NCBI GenBank assembly: GCA_034667725.1
Contig: JAXDQS010000003.1
Coordinates: forward strand, 512,001-576,000
Direction of reading: 5' to 3'
Source: Thermoplasmata archaeon
Lineage (GTDB): Archaea; Thermoplasmatota; E2; JACPAO01; JAHFTW01
DNA length: 64,000 bases
This document shows positions 49,022 through 59,385 of the stretch, piece by piece (the stretch's first letter is position 1; every line of letters begins with the position of its first letter). Under the pieces are notes generated by a model. That model saw only the letters and a list, made by a program, of their open reading frames with translations. It searched no databases and was not told the DNA's origin. A program made the translations under genes and the position numbers.

Positions 49022-51022
49022 TTAGGCCTGCTCGTCGTCCTCGTCGTCCCGGCGCCGGCGGAACAGCACCAGCACCATGAACAGCATCAGGGTCGCCGAG
49101 GTGAACACCAGCGCCCAGCCGGCCAAGGTGAGGCCGAGGAACTGGCTGTCGGGGGCGACGACGCGGTTGAAGTCGCGCGCCTTGAGGTCGTCCATGACGT
49201 AGCCGACGCCGTCGCGGTGCCGGCAGTCCTTCAAGGGGTCGTCGGGGAAGCAGTCGAGGTGGTCGAGGATGCCGTCGCCGTCCCGGTCGCTGTCGCAGAC
49301 GTCGCCGAGGGCGTCGCCGTCCACGTTGCTTTGCACGGGGTTGCGGACGTAGCCGCAGTTGTCGAACGCGTTGTCGACCCCGTCGCCGTCGAGGTCGCCG
49401 TCGCACTCGTCGCCCAGGATGTCGCCGTCGAGGTCCGCTTGGCCGGGGTTGCGCTTGGTGGGGCAGTTGTCGGCCGTGTTGTGGATGCCGTCGCCGTCGA
49501 CGTCCTCGTCGCAGAAGTCAGGCTTGCCGTCGCCGTCCAGGTCGGAGTCGCGCGCCGTGGCGACGCAGCCGTCGCGGGGGGCGTAATAGTCGCCGGGGGC
49601 CTTCTTGCCGCCGCTGCTGCCGCTCGGGTCGGAGGGGCTGACGCATTCGTTGGGGCCGATCACGTTGACGGTGAGGACGTAGACGTCGACCTCGCCGTTG
49701 GCGGCGGTGACCGTGAGGGTCACGACGTAGGTGCCGGGCGCGTCGTACGTGTGCGAGGGGTTGGAGGCGCCGGAGGTGGTGCCGTCGCCGAACTCCCAGT
49801 ACCATGCGACGATGACGTAGGCGGGGCCGGGGGTGCTGCCGTCCGAGAAGTCCACGGGCGTCATGGCGCATCCGGGCGCGACCTGGGAGTAGGTGAACGA
49901 GGCGTTGGGCGGGCAGGGGCCGCTGGGCCAAGTGGCCGCGCCGCAGGGCGGCGTCGTCGGGTCGGGGCAGAGCGGGGCCGGAGGCACGACGCAGGGAGCG
50001 CAAGCCGGGTCCGGGTCCACGCAGGGGTAATCCGCGTAGCCGAAGCCGAACTCGCCGACGGGGGTCGCCGTCGTGGCGGAGCCGGTGCCGGTGGCGTCGG
50101 GGATCTGGGCGAAGGCGATGGCCTGGACCTGGACGCCGAGGTTGGTGAACGCGGGCGCGAGGGCGCCGGGCTGGCTGGCGGCGCCGTAGAACAGCTTGAA
50201 CCGGGCCTTCTCGCCGGGGTCCAGCGTGCTCAGGGAGAGCGGCGAGGTGTAGCGGCGGGAGCGGATCTCCAGCATGGCGCCGTACTCGCCGGGGCCGACG
50301 GTGCCGCCGCCGCCACCGCACGCCGAGCCGGGGCTCGGCGGGGACAGGAAGCCGTAGGGCGTCGTGGGGTCGGCCTGCACGAACGGGTCGAAGCTCATGC
50401 AGCGCAGCTCGATCGGGAAGCCGGCCAGCGGCGAGATGGTGACGACCTCGTTCTGGGGCGACGGCTCGGCGTCGAAGTCGACGGTGCGGCGGTAGCGGAT
50501 GTCGCCCAGGCGCAGGCTGCCGACGTTCTCGATGGTGACGGTGGCCTGGAAGACGGTGGGCTCGGAGGTGGTGGTGAAGTCATGGGTGATGCGCAGGTCG
50601 CCGACCCGGGCCTCGACCAGGGCCTTGGTGGCGGAGGCCACGAAGGCGGTGGGGACGACGCCGGCCGTGCCGGGGGCGGTGCCGGACTGGGCCCAGCCGA
50701 CGGTGGCGGTGGCCGCGCCAGGGGGGCGGTAGGAGAGGCCCCAGCCTTCGCAGACGCAGTAGTCCGCGACCCCTTCGAGCTGGGTCAGCGTGTCTCGGAG
50801 CGCCACGACGTCGGTGCCGCAGCCGCCTCCCGAGACCGAGGAGCGGCAGGTGCCGCCAGGGGACATGACGTCGCCTGCGACGCCCAGGTCGCCGTAGTCG
50901 CCGACGCCCAGCTGCACGGAGCCGTTGTCGAGGATGACGCCCGCGTCCGCCGGCGTGGCCACCACGGCGAACGCCGCCAGCAGGGCGGCGGCCGCAGCGG
51001 CCATCATCAGCGGAATCGGCAT
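49022..51022 (-). CDS. Surface protein with PKD domain and thrombospondin type-3 (Ca-binding) repeats
   Basis: Signal peptide. WEFGDG..SHTY..PGTYVVTLTV. Repeated DxDGDG..D.CD/DNC. C-terminal TM then RRRR. Confidence 0.88.
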   Translation of the reverse strand: MPIPLMMAAAAAALLAAFAVVATPADAGVILDNGSVQLGVGDYGDLGVAGDVMSPGGTCRSSVSGGGCGTDVVALRDTLTQLEGVADYCVCEGWGLSYRPPGAATATVGWAQSGTAPGTAGVVPTAFVASATKALVEARVGDLRITHDFTTTSEPTVFQATVTIENVGSLRLGDIRYRRTVDFDAEPSPQNEVVTISPLAGFPIELRCMSFDPFVQADPTTPYGFLSPPSPGSACGGGGGTVGPGEYGAMLEIRSRRYTSPLSLSTLDPGEKARFKLFYGAASQPGALAPAFTNLGVQVQAIAFAQIPDATGTGSATTATPVGEFGFGYADYPCVDPDPACAPCVVPPAPLCPDPTTPPCGAATWPSGPCPPNASFTYSQVAPGCAMTPVDFSDGSTPGPAYVIVAWYWEFGDGTTSGASNPSHTYDAPGTYVVTLTVTAANGEVDVYVLTVNVIGPNECVSPSDPSGSSGGKKAPGDYYAPRDGCVATARDSDLDGDGKPDFCDEDVDGDGIHNTADNCPTKRNPGQADLDGDILGDECDGDLDGDGVDNAFDNCGYVRNPVQSNVDGDALGDVCDSDRDGDGILDHLDCFPDDPLKDCRHRDGVGYVMDDLKARDFNRVVAPDSQFLGLTLAGWALVFTSATLMLFMVLVLFRRRRDDEDDEQA

Positions 51023-51152
51023 GGAACGCGCCACCACAAGCCTCCGGACCCCGTTCTTTTGCATTGAGTTAAGGTTTGTGTGCCGTTCCCTTCGTGCCGC
51101 CGGCCCGCCCCTGCAAAGACTTATCGCTCCCCCGAAGTCCTCGGGCCTTGGC

Positions 51153-54002
51153 ATGAAGCCCGCCCTCCTGACCGTCGCGATCGCCCTGCTGCTGGTGCCG
51201 ATCTCCGCGGCGAACCTTTCGGACCCCACTGCGTGCAGTTTCGGCGACCCCCTCCCCCTTGGCCCTGTGTACTACGCCCAGGGAGGCGCCAACCTGAACG
51301 CCACCGGGGTCAACTCGTGCGCCTTGGCCGGCAGCAACAACCTGGCCGCCGGCGTCAGCTCGGTGGTCGTCGCCGGCAACGGCGGCACCGCCGCCGGGCT
51401 TGCGTCGGGCGTCCTTGCGGGCACCGGCAACGAGGCGCAGGCCGAGCAGTCGATGGTCGGCGCCGGCACCGGGAACAAGGTCTTGGCCACCGGCTCCGGC
51501 GGCGCCATCCTGGCGGGCAACCTCAACAAGGTCTCGGGCGTGCTCTCCATCGTCGTGGGCGGCAACCTCAACGACGTCACCGCCAACCTCGGCTTCATCG
51601 GCGGCGGCGCCAACAACAAGGTCACGGGCCTCAACGGCGCCGTCGCCGGCGGCGTCGGCAACAAGGCGTTCGGCGAAAGCTCGTTCGTGGGCGGCGGCAA
51701 CGGCAACCAGGTCAGCGCCACCGGCCTTGGCGGCGTCGTGGCCGGCGGCCTGGCCAACCTCGCCACCGGCAAGGCGGCCACGGTCGTGGGCGGCGGCGGC
51801 AACCAGGCCTTGGCCGACTTCGCCACCGTGGCGGGCGGCAACACCAACACCATCATCGCCACCTCCACGGGCAGCTTCATCGGCGGCGGCGCGGGCAACG
51901 AGATCAACGCGGCCGGCGTCGGCACCGTCATCGTGGGCGGCGGCCTCAACAAGATCGTCGGCAACGGCGCCCAGTCGTTCATCGGCTCCGGCGTCCAGAA
52001 CAGCCAAGGCGGCAGCACCAGCGCCATCGTGGGCGGCTCGCAGAACGCCATCGTGACGACCACCTCGGGCGGCTTCATCGGCGCCGGCGGCCAGAACGCC
52101 ATCGCCGCCAGCGGCGCCAACTCCGCCATCGTGGCCGGCAGCTCCAACGGCATCCTGGGCGGCGTCACCGGCGGATTCATCGGCGCCGGCATGACCAACG
52201 CGGTCTCGGCCAACAACGCCGCCGTGGTCGGCGGCACCAACAACCAGGCCAACGGCGCGGCCTCGGCCGTCGTCGGCGGCGAGCGCAACGTCGCCGTGGG
52301 CGCCGGCTCCTTCCTTGGCGCCGGCAACGACAACGCCGCCAACGGCGCCGCCGCCACCGTCGTGGGCGGCCGCCTCAACAAGCTCATCGGCGACCTCGCC
52401 GTCATCGTGGGCGGCGAGAACAACGCCATCACCGGCCTCGGCTCCGCCATCCTCGGCGGCCAGGACAACACCGTGACGGGCGACAACGGCTTCATCGGCG
52501 GCGGCCGGGGCAACGAGGCCACCGGCGCCGGCGTGTTCATCGGCGGCGGCCGCGCCAACGAGGCCAACGGCGCCGACGCCACCGTGGTCGGCGGCACCGG
52601 CAACCAAGCCCTGGCCGACGGCGCCGCCATCGTCGGCGGCAACACCAACCTGGTCCTGGCGGGCGCCAACAACGCCGCCGTCGTGGCCGGCACCCAGAAC
52701 GAGGTCCAGGCGGCCGGCTCCTTCCTGGGCGCCGGCAGCGAGAACACCGCCGCCGGCACCGAGTCCGCCATCGTGGCGGGCAACAGCAACCGCGTCTCGG
52801 GCAACTACGGCGCCATCGTTGCCGGCGACCAGAACGTCGTCAGCGGCGCCGGCTCCGGCATCCTGGCCGGCACCCAGAACGTCGCCAGCGGCAACCAGGC
52901 CAACATCGGCGGCGGCAGCCAGAACACCGCCGTCGGCGACCAGAGCTTCGTCGGCAGCGGCCTGCAGAACAACGCCATCGGCACCGGCTCCGTCGTGGGC
53001 GGCGGCCAGAACAACCAGGCCGTAGGCGGCATCGCCGTCGTCGGCGGCGGCACCGCCAACCGCGCCCAAGGCATCGGCAGCGGCGTCGGCGGCGGCCGCG
53101 GCAACACCGCGCAGTCGCAAGACTCCACGGTCGCCGGCGGCTCCGCCAACCTCGCCCTCAACCAGGGCTCGTTCGTCGGCGGCGGCATCTCCAACCAGGC
53201 CCTCGGCGCCTTCTCGGCCGTCGTGGGCGGCAACAACGCCAACATGGCCATCGGCGCCGCCTCCTTCGTGGGCGGCGGCAGCCGCAACGCCGCCGTGGGC
53301 GACTCCTCCGCCATCGCGGGCGGCACCTCGAACTCCGCGGGCGCCTTCGCGGCGGTCGCGGGCGGCAACATGAACCAGGCCGCCGGCACCCAGAGCTCGG
53401 TGGGCGGCGGCAACATGAACCTCGCCGTCGGCATCGGCTCGCACGTCGGCGGCGGCGACCAGAACCGCGCCCTCGGCGACTACGCCAACATCGGCGGCGG
53501 CGTCGGCAACCGCGCCACCGGGTTCGCCAGCATGGTCCCGGGCGGCCAGGCGGCCCTCGCGGACAACTACGGCCAGATGGCGGTCGCCTCCGGCTCGTTC
53601 AGCCCGCTCCCCGGCACGGCGCAGGCCAGCAAGTTCGTGGTCCGCGGCTCCTCCAGCACGGCCGGCAGCGTCGAGCTCATGGCCGACGGCGGCGCCAGCG
53701 TCCTTGGCGAGAAGATGAAGGTCCGCCTGGGCGCGACCTGGGCCTTCAAGGGCCTGGTCGTCGCCAGCGCCGGCGGCGGCGCCCTGTCGCACGGCTGGGA
53801 GGTCCGCGGCGTCGTGAAGAACACGCCCACCGGCATCACCCTGGTGAGCTCCTCGGTCAGCGACATGGGCAGCGACGCCGCCGCGACCGCGTGGACCGTC
53901 AGCGTCTCGACCGACCCCGTCCAAGGGGCGCTGGTTCTGAAGGGCAACGCGACCACGGGCGTCCACTTCGTGGGCACCGTCGAGACCGCCGAAGTGGCAT
54001 AG
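51153..54002 (+). CDS. Secreted Gly/Asn-rich repeat protein (beta-solenoid adhesin or tail-fibre-like)
   Basis: Signal peptide. Dozens of about 14-16-aa repeats like SxVxGGxxNxAxG. Beta-rich C-terminal domain. Confidence 0.88.
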   Translation: MKPALLTVAIALLLVPISAANLSDPTACSFGDPLPLGPVYYAQGGANLNATGVNSCALAGSNNLAAGVSSVVVAGNGGTAAGLASGVLAGTGNEAQAEQSMVGAGTGNKVLATGSGGAILAGNLNKVSGVLSIVVGGNLNDVTANLGFIGGGANNKVTGLNGAVAGGVGNKAFGESSFVGGGNGNQVSATGLGGVVAGGLANLATGKAATVVGGGGNQALADFATVAGGNTNTIIATSTGSFIGGGAGNEINAAGVGTVIVGGGLNKIVGNGAQSFIGSGVQNSQGGSTSAIVGGSQNAIVTTTSGGFIGAGGQNAIAASGANSAIVAGSSNGILGGVTGGFIGAGMTNAVSANNAAVVGGTNNQANGAASAVVGGERNVAVGAGSFLGAGNDNAANGAAATVVGGRLNKLIGDLAVIVGGENNAITGLGSAILGGQDNTVTGDNGFIGGGRGNEATGAGVFIGGGRANEANGADATVVGGTGNQALADGAAIVGGNTNLVLAGANNAAVVAGTQNEVQAAGSFLGAGSENTAAGTESAIVAGNSNRVSGNYGAIVAGDQNVVSGAGSGILAGTQNVASGNQANIGGGSQNTAVGDQSFVGSGLQNNAIGTGSVVGGGQNNQAVGGIAVVGGGTANRAQGIGSGVGGGRGNTAQSQDSTVAGGSANLALNQGSFVGGGISNQALGAFSAVVGGNNANMAIGAASFVGGGSRNAAVGDSSAIAGGTSNSAGAFAAVAGGNMNQAAGTQSSVGGGNMNLAVGIGSHVGGGDQNRALGDYANIGGGVGNRATGFASMVPGGQAALADNYGQMAVASGSFSPLPGTAQASKFVVRGSSSTAGSVELMADGGASVLGEKMKVRLGATWAFKGLVVASAGGGALSHGWEVRGVVKNTPTGITLVSSSVSDMGSDAAATAWTVSVSTDPVQGALVLKGNATTGVHFVGTVETAEVA

Positions 54003-54088
54003 GCCACGCTAGGCCCTTTTCCTCTCCTTCTCCTTGCTTGCCCCGCTCCCAAGGCGGGGCGGCGGCTTTCGGCGGCTTGCGTGCAGCG

Positions 54089-54337
54089 CTAGGCCAGCGT
54101 CTCGAGCTGCGACATGATGTTCCAGACCAGCGTCCGCCCGTGCAGGGGGATGTTGGGGTCGTTGGCCATGTCGTCGAGCGTGTTGATGGCCTTCGCCTTG
54201 CGGACGTCGAGCGGCTTGTCGTTCTCGGACAGGAGGAGCTTGATCTGCTCGGCGCTGCGGCGGATGTTGCGCGGCACCGAGGTGTCCTCCATGAGCATCT
54301 CGAGGCCGGTGTTGATGTTCTGGATCCGGGATGCCAT
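54089..54337 (-). CDS. UPF0147 family protein
   Basis: EDTSVPRNIRR, LDD..NDPNIP.HGRT.VWNI.SQLE. Confidence 0.93.
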   Translation of the reverse strand: MASRIQNINTGLEMLMEDTSVPRNIRRSAEQIKLLLSENDKPLDVRKAKAINTLDDMANDPNIPLHGRTLVWNIMSQLETLA

Positions 54338-54397
54338 GAGAAAGCGACTCCAAGGCCCCCCGACCGGGGCGCCGGGCGCGGCGACGGAAGACCCGTC

Positions 54398-56683
54398 TTA
54401 AGCCCTTTCGGCGGCGTCAACCAGGCGGCGCGGCGCGTAGGGCGCGTCGAGGACGCGGCGCACCTCGGACGCCTTGCCGGGCCCGACGCCGTCCACCTCC
54501 GCGAGCGCCGCGGCGCTTGCCGCGAACACGGCGGCGGCGCTGCCGAAGCGGGCCAGCAGCCGCTCGGCCAGCGTGTCGGAGATTCCGGGCAGCCCGGCGA
54601 CCAGGAACAGTTGGCGCTCGCGGTCGTCCATCGCGGGCTTGGCGGGGCGCACGGCCATCTTGCGGTGGTCGCGGAACTGCTCGCGCTTGGCGACCGCGTG
54701 CAGGAACCGGGCGGTCTCCAGCGGGTCGCGGGCGGACACGACGGGGATGCCGTGCTCGACCACGATGGCGGCAAGGGCGCCGAAGATGGCCTCGGGGCTG
54801 ACGGCGCGGTGGCCGTGCAGCGACTCGCCCTCCAGCAGCAGGAAGGGGCGCGGGTACGCCTTGAGGGCGCGCAGCTGCTCGAACAGGCGGCCGTCGACCA
54901 AGGAGTCCACGAAGTCGGCGCACGACTTGCGCTCGACCACGATGCGGTCGGACAGCACGAAGTCGCCGGTGTCGAGGGTGCGGCCTTCGAGGATGCAGCC
55001 CAGCTCGGCCAGGTGCTTGACGACGCCCCCGGCCTGTTCGCGCGCGTCGAAGACGACGCGGGGCGCGGGGCCGGCCGGCTCCTTGGGGGACGCAGGAGTG
55101 GGCGCGGGTGCGTCGAGCCGCTGCTGCCCGGCGGGCACGGCCGGCGGCGGCGCGGCGTTGCCGAGGGCGGCGCGGAGGCTCTGGAGCTCGCGCACCATCT
55201 GGAGCTCCTTGCGGCGGGCGGACCAGTGGGCGGCCTCGTCCTGGGTGCCCTTGGTCATGAGGACCACCACACGGCCGGCGCGGTGGCGGCCGGTGCGGCC
55301 GCGGCGCTGGATGCTGCGAATCTCGCTCGGGATGGGCTCGAAGAACACCACCAGGTCGGTGGACGGGATGTCGAGGCCTTCCTCGGCAACACTGGTGGCC
55401 ACGAGGACGTTGTGGGCGCCGGCGCGGAACCGCTCCAGCACCTCGTGCTGCTGCTTCTGGGTGAGGCCCTCCTGGGCGCCGCGCTTGGATTGGCCGACGA
55501 AGGTGACGGGGTTGACGCCGGGGAGCTTGGCGAGGTGGCCGGCGACCAGCTCGCAGGTGGCGCGGTAGTGGGTGAAGACGATGGCGCGGCTGTCGGGCTG
55601 GGCGGCGAGGAGCTGCTGGACGAGGGTGCCCGTGCGGCCGAGCTTGGGGTTCTCGGCGTCGTCGAAGCGCGCGACGTGGTAGGCCTCGTTGACGCGGGGG
55701 TCGTCGGCGACCGACTTGGTGGCCTTGGAGGGCTTGCCGCTGCGGATCTCCTCGCGCATCGACTCGAGGTACTGCACGAACGCGGCGGAGCCTTGGGTCT
55801 CGACCTGCTCGATGGCGTGCTGGAGCTTCATCGCCTGGGCCTGGAGCGAGAGGCCGACGAACAGGCTGCTGTCGGGGTCGACGGCCTTCCCCAGCTTGGA
55901 CTGCAGGTCGGCACCGAGCAATAGCAGCTCGCGGCGGTTGGGCCGGGTGGAGACGTTGAAGCCGAGGTTCTTGAGGCTCCGCAGCCGTTCGGAGAGCGCC
56001 TCCTGGAGCTTGGCGGACACGCGGGCCATGCTGGGCGGCAGCGGGAGCGTCTCCCACTCCATGCCGATCTCCTGCACGAAGGGCGCGACGTCGGGGTCGG
56101 CGGGGGTGCGCACCTCGATGTGGGCCAAGCCGAGGACGGTGCGGACCTCCTCGATCTTCTTGGCGTCGTGGCCGGGGCTGGCCGTCAGCGCGAGGCGGCG
56201 GACCTTGTGGGGCCGGAACTGGCCGCCGATGAAGGTGTACGGGTAGTCGCCCATGGCGCGGTGCGCTTCGTCGTAGACCACCCAGTCGAGCCTGGCGGGG
56301 TCCAGCTTGCGCGCCACCAGGTCGTTCTGCACCACTTGGGGCGTCGCGACCACGATGCCGGGCTCGGCGTAGGCGGCCTCCCGCTTGGCAGGCGCCGTGT
56401 GGCCGGTGAGGGCATGGACCCGGCTGGCCCACGGCTCCAAAAGGACGCCGCGCAGGAAGGCCGCGTGCTGGTCCACCAGGGGCCGGGTCGGGGCCATCAC
56501 GAGGACGCGCTGGGCGCCGGCGTTGAGGGCGTCGGCCAGCACCAGGAGCGCCACCACGGTCTTGCCCATCCCGGTCGGCAGCACCACCAAGGTGTCGCGG
56601 GCGCCCGCGATGCGGGCCAGGTTGGCCTGGTAGCCGCGGAACTCGACCGACCCCTCCCGGAGGAGCGGGTGACGGATGTGCAC
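54398..56683 (-). CDS. hef: Hef / FANCM-like SF2 helicase fused to ERCC4 (XPF) nuclease
   Basis: LPTGMGKT, DEAH, LTASP, QRRGRTGR, FDARE, GDF..ERKS..DF..S..DGR, C-terminal HhH. Confidence 0.93.
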   Translation of the reverse strand: MHIRHPLLREGSVEFRGYQANLARIAGARDTLVVLPTGMGKTVVALLVLADALNAGAQRVLVMAPTRPLVDQHAAFLRGVLLEPWASRVHALTGHTAPAKREAAYAEPGIVVATPQVVQNDLVARKLDPARLDWVVYDEAHRAMGDYPYTFIGGQFRPHKVRRLALTASPGHDAKKIEEVRTVLGLAHIEVRTPADPDVAPFVQEIGMEWETLPLPPSMARVSAKLQEALSERLRSLKNLGFNVSTRPNRRELLLLGADLQSKLGKAVDPDSSLFVGLSLQAQAMKLQHAIEQVETQGSAAFVQYLESMREEIRSGKPSKATKSVADDPRVNEAYHVARFDDAENPKLGRTGTLVQQLLAAQPDSRAIVFTHYRATCELVAGHLAKLPGVNPVTFVGQSKRGAQEGLTQKQQHEVLERFRAGAHNVLVATSVAEEGLDIPSTDLVVFFEPIPSEIRSIQRRGRTGRHRAGRVVVLMTKGTQDEAAHWSARRKELQMVRELQSLRAALGNAAPPPAVPAGQQRLDAPAPTPASPKEPAGPAPRVVFDAREQAGGVVKHLAELGCILEGRTLDTGDFVLSDRIVVERKSCADFVDSLVDGRLFEQLRALKAYPRPFLLLEGESLHGHRAVSPEAIFGALAAIVVEHGIPVVSARDPLETARFLHAVAKREQFRDHRKMAVRPAKPAMDDRERQLFLVAGLPGISDTLAERLLARFGSAAAVFAASAAALAEVDGVGPGKASEVRRVLDAPYAPRRLVDAAERA

Positions 56684-56922
56684 ACGGCGGCGACCCGGCG
56701 GCGCGTGATGAAAGGTTCGGGGCGGCGGGTGAACGGACTTCGCCGCCCGACCGGGTCGCAACCCAATTTTGACCCCCCCGCTTCGCGTGGAGGCCTTCAT
56801 CCCTCCTGTTGGACAGCGAGTTTCGCGTTTCGGCCATATACTACAGGCAGGTCGCGCCCCGAGTGGGCAAGAAGACGGTTCACTCGCCTCTTCTCCCGCG
56901 TTCATCCCGGAGGGCGCGCTGA

Positions 56923-59034
56923 ATGGTGACGATGCCCCAGATCACGGTCCAGGACGCGCAGCTGGCGGCGAAGTGGGACTCGTTCCTGCAAGACTACTGC
57001 AAGGCCAGCATCCAGCAAGCCGTCCTGAACTACCCGGAGACCCGCAGCCTCAGCGTCGACTTCAACGACCTGCAGCTGCGCGACCCGGACCTGGCCAACG
57101 ACCTCTTGGCGCGCCCCGCCCGCAACCTGCGCATCGGCGCCGGCATGCTGCACCAGGTCGACGTCACCGTCGATCCCCGGCCCAAGCTCCACCTGCGCGT
57201 CCGCGGCCTGCCCGAGTCGCAGCGCGTCCTGCCCCGCCAGCTGCGCAGCGAGCACCTCGGCAAGCTCCTCGCCATCGAGGGCCTCGTCAAGAAGGTCACC
57301 GAAGTGCGCCCCACCGTGCTGGAGGCGGTCTTCGAGTGCAAGGTCTGCACCACCCGCGCCCACGTCGTGCAGGACGACGAGTTCCTCGCTGAGCCCGTGC
57401 TGTGCGAGACCTGCGACGCCCAGCGCCCCTGGCGCCTCTTGGAGGAGGAGTCGCGCTACCTCGACCACCAGAAGGTGGAGATCCAGGAAGCCCCCGAAGG
57501 CCTGCGCGGCGGCTCCCAGCCCGAGCGCCTCACCATCCACCTCCAGGACGACCTCGTGCACCAGGTGGCGCCCGGCGACCGCGTCTGCATCAACGGCATC
57601 CTTACGACCCAGGCCCGCCGCCAAGGCAGCCAGAAGCGCGTCGAGTTCAACAAGGTCCTCACCGGTGTCAGCATCGAGGTCCGCCAGCAGGAGTTCAGCG
57701 AGGTCCAGCTCACCGCCGAGGACGAGGACCAGATCCTGACCCTCTCCGAGGACCCGCGCATCTACGAGCGGCTGCGGGCCAGCTTCGCGCCCACCATCTA
57801 CGGCCTCGAGACCGAGAAGGACGCTTTGATCCTGGCGCTGTTCGGCGGCGTCGAGAAGACCTACCGCGACGGCAGCCGCAACCGCGGCGACATCCACGTC
57901 CTCCTGGTCGGCGACCCCGGTGTCGCCAAGTCCCAGCTGCTGCGCTACCTCTCGAAGCTCGCCCCGCGCGCCATCTTCACCTCCGGCAAGGGCGCAAGCG
58001 CCGCCGGCCTCACCGCAGCCGCCGTCAAGGACGACTTCGGCGAAGGCCAATGGACCTTGGAGGCCGGTGCTTTGGTGCTGGCCGACCGCGGCATCGCCTG
58101 CATCGACGAGCTGGACAAGATGGACAAGAACGACCAGTCCAGCATGCACCAGGCGATGGAGCAGCAGGAAATCTCGATCGCCAAGGCCGGCATCTCGGCC
58201 ACCCTCAAGTCGCGCTGCGCCGTCATCGGCGCCGCCAACCCCAAGATGGGCCGGTTCGACGAATACTCCTCGATCCACGAGCAGATCAACATGCCGCCGG
58301 CCCTGCTGTCGCGCTTCGATCTCATCTTCAGCCTCCTCGACAAGCCCAGCCGCGACCGCGACAACCAGCTCGCCAGCCACATCCTCCGCACCCACCAGGC
58401 CGGCGAGGTCCGCGAGCACCGCATGGCCCACCCCACGGGCGCCTACACCAAGGAGGACGAGGACCGGCTCCTCAAGAAGGTCCTGCCCGACCTCGACGCC
58501 GAGCTGCTGCGCAAGTACGTCGCCTTCGCCAAGCGCAACATCCTTCCCGTCCTCAGCGACGAGGCGCTCCAGCGCATCCAGAGCTACTACGTCGAGCTGC
58601 GCAACTCCAGCGACGGCTCCATGCCGCTCACGGCCCGCCAGCTGGAGGCCTTCGTGCGCCTCGCCGAGGCCCGCGCCCGCATCCGCCTCAGCCAGGAGGC
58701 CACCCTCGACGACGCCGAGGCCGCCATCCGCATGATGGAGGCCTGCCTCCGCAGCGTCGGCGTCGACCGCGAGACCGGCAAGTTCGACATCGACATCATC
58801 AACTCCGGCGTCAGCCACAGCCAGCACGACCGGATGCGCGTCCTCTTGGAGATCGTGCGCACCCTCGCCAAGGAGTCGCAGAAGGGCTACGCCACCGAGG
58901 AGCAGGTGCTCGCGGAGGCCAGCAAGCAAGGCATCAGCCCCGACGCGGCCCGCAAAGGCCTGGAGATGGGCGTCCGCAACAGCAGCCTGTACGCCAAGGG
59001 CGGCGCCGGCACCTTCGCGCCCCTGAGCAGCTAA
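56923..59034 (+). CDS. mcm: MCM replicative helicase
   Basis: Zn finger CKVC/CETC, GDPGVAKS, CIDELDKM, AANP, SRFD. No intein. Confidence 0.97.
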   Translation: MVTMPQITVQDAQLAAKWDSFLQDYCKASIQQAVLNYPETRSLSVDFNDLQLRDPDLANDLLARPARNLRIGAGMLHQVDVTVDPRPKLHLRVRGLPESQRVLPRQLRSEHLGKLLAIEGLVKKVTEVRPTVLEAVFECKVCTTRAHVVQDDEFLAEPVLCETCDAQRPWRLLEEESRYLDHQKVEIQEAPEGLRGGSQPERLTIHLQDDLVHQVAPGDRVCINGILTTQARRQGSQKRVEFNKVLTGVSIEVRQQEFSEVQLTAEDEDQILTLSEDPRIYERLRASFAPTIYGLETEKDALILALFGGVEKTYRDGSRNRGDIHVLLVGDPGVAKSQLLRYLSKLAPRAIFTSGKGASAAGLTAAAVKDDFGEGQWTLEAGALVLADRGIACIDELDKMDKNDQSSMHQAMEQQEISIAKAGISATLKSRCAVIGAANPKMGRFDEYSSIHEQINMPPALLSRFDLIFSLLDKPSRDRDNQLASHILRTHQAGEVREHRMAHPTGAYTKEDEDRLLKKVLPDLDAELLRKYVAFAKRNILPVLSDEALQRIQSYYVELRNSSDGSMPLTARQLEAFVRLAEARARIRLSQEATLDDAEAAIRMMEACLRSVGVDRETGKFDIDIINSGVSHSQHDRMRVLLEIVRTLAKESQKGYATEEQVLAEASKQGISPDAARKGLEMGVRNSSLYAKGGAGTFAPLSS

Positions 59035-59070
59035 GGGAGCGCCTCCCCAACGCCCTTATGGGAAGGCCTT

Positions 59071-59385
59071 GTGGCGGCCCGAGTGTTCGCGGCGAAGAAC
59101 TACCAGCAGGGCATCCAGCGGCTGCTTGCCGCCTGCGATGAGGAGCTGCTGGGGACCCGCCACGCGGAAGGCAAGTTCCGCCTCGACGTGACACCCAACT
59201 TCTACGACGGCCTGCGCATCGGCGAGCCCGAGCTGGAGGCCTACCTGCGCTCCTGCACCGTCGCCAACCTGGTCGGCCGCCGCGCCGTCGAGGTCGCCGT
59301 CCGGATGGGCCTCGTCGACCCGGCCAACGTGCTGTCCATCGGCGGCGTGCCGCACGCCCAGCTCCTGGTGATGGACCTGCCATGA
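59071..59385 (+). CDS. DUF424 family protein
   Basis: LAACDEELLG, FYDG, ANLVG, IGGVPHAQ. Confidence 0.9.
   Translation: MAARVFAAKNYQQGIQRLLAACDEELLGTRHAEGKFRLDVTPNFYDGLRIGEPELEAYLRSCTVANLVGRRAVEVAVRMGLVDPANVLSIGGVPHAQLLVMDLP

Noticed and set aside
51153-54002. Prophage
   Set aside because: No capsid, terminase or portal genes. The protein has a signal peptide and housekeeping neighbours.
47012-55924. Very long alternative ORFs (47012-51067, 51080-55924, 51069-53966) and similar ones elsewhere
   Set aside because: These are shadow frames of real high-GC genes, with Arg/Gly/Pro-rich translations and no motifs.
56684-56922. Replication origin next to mcm
   Set aside because: No ORB-like repeats or AT-rich unwinding tract. 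It reads as a divergent promoter region with one hairpin.
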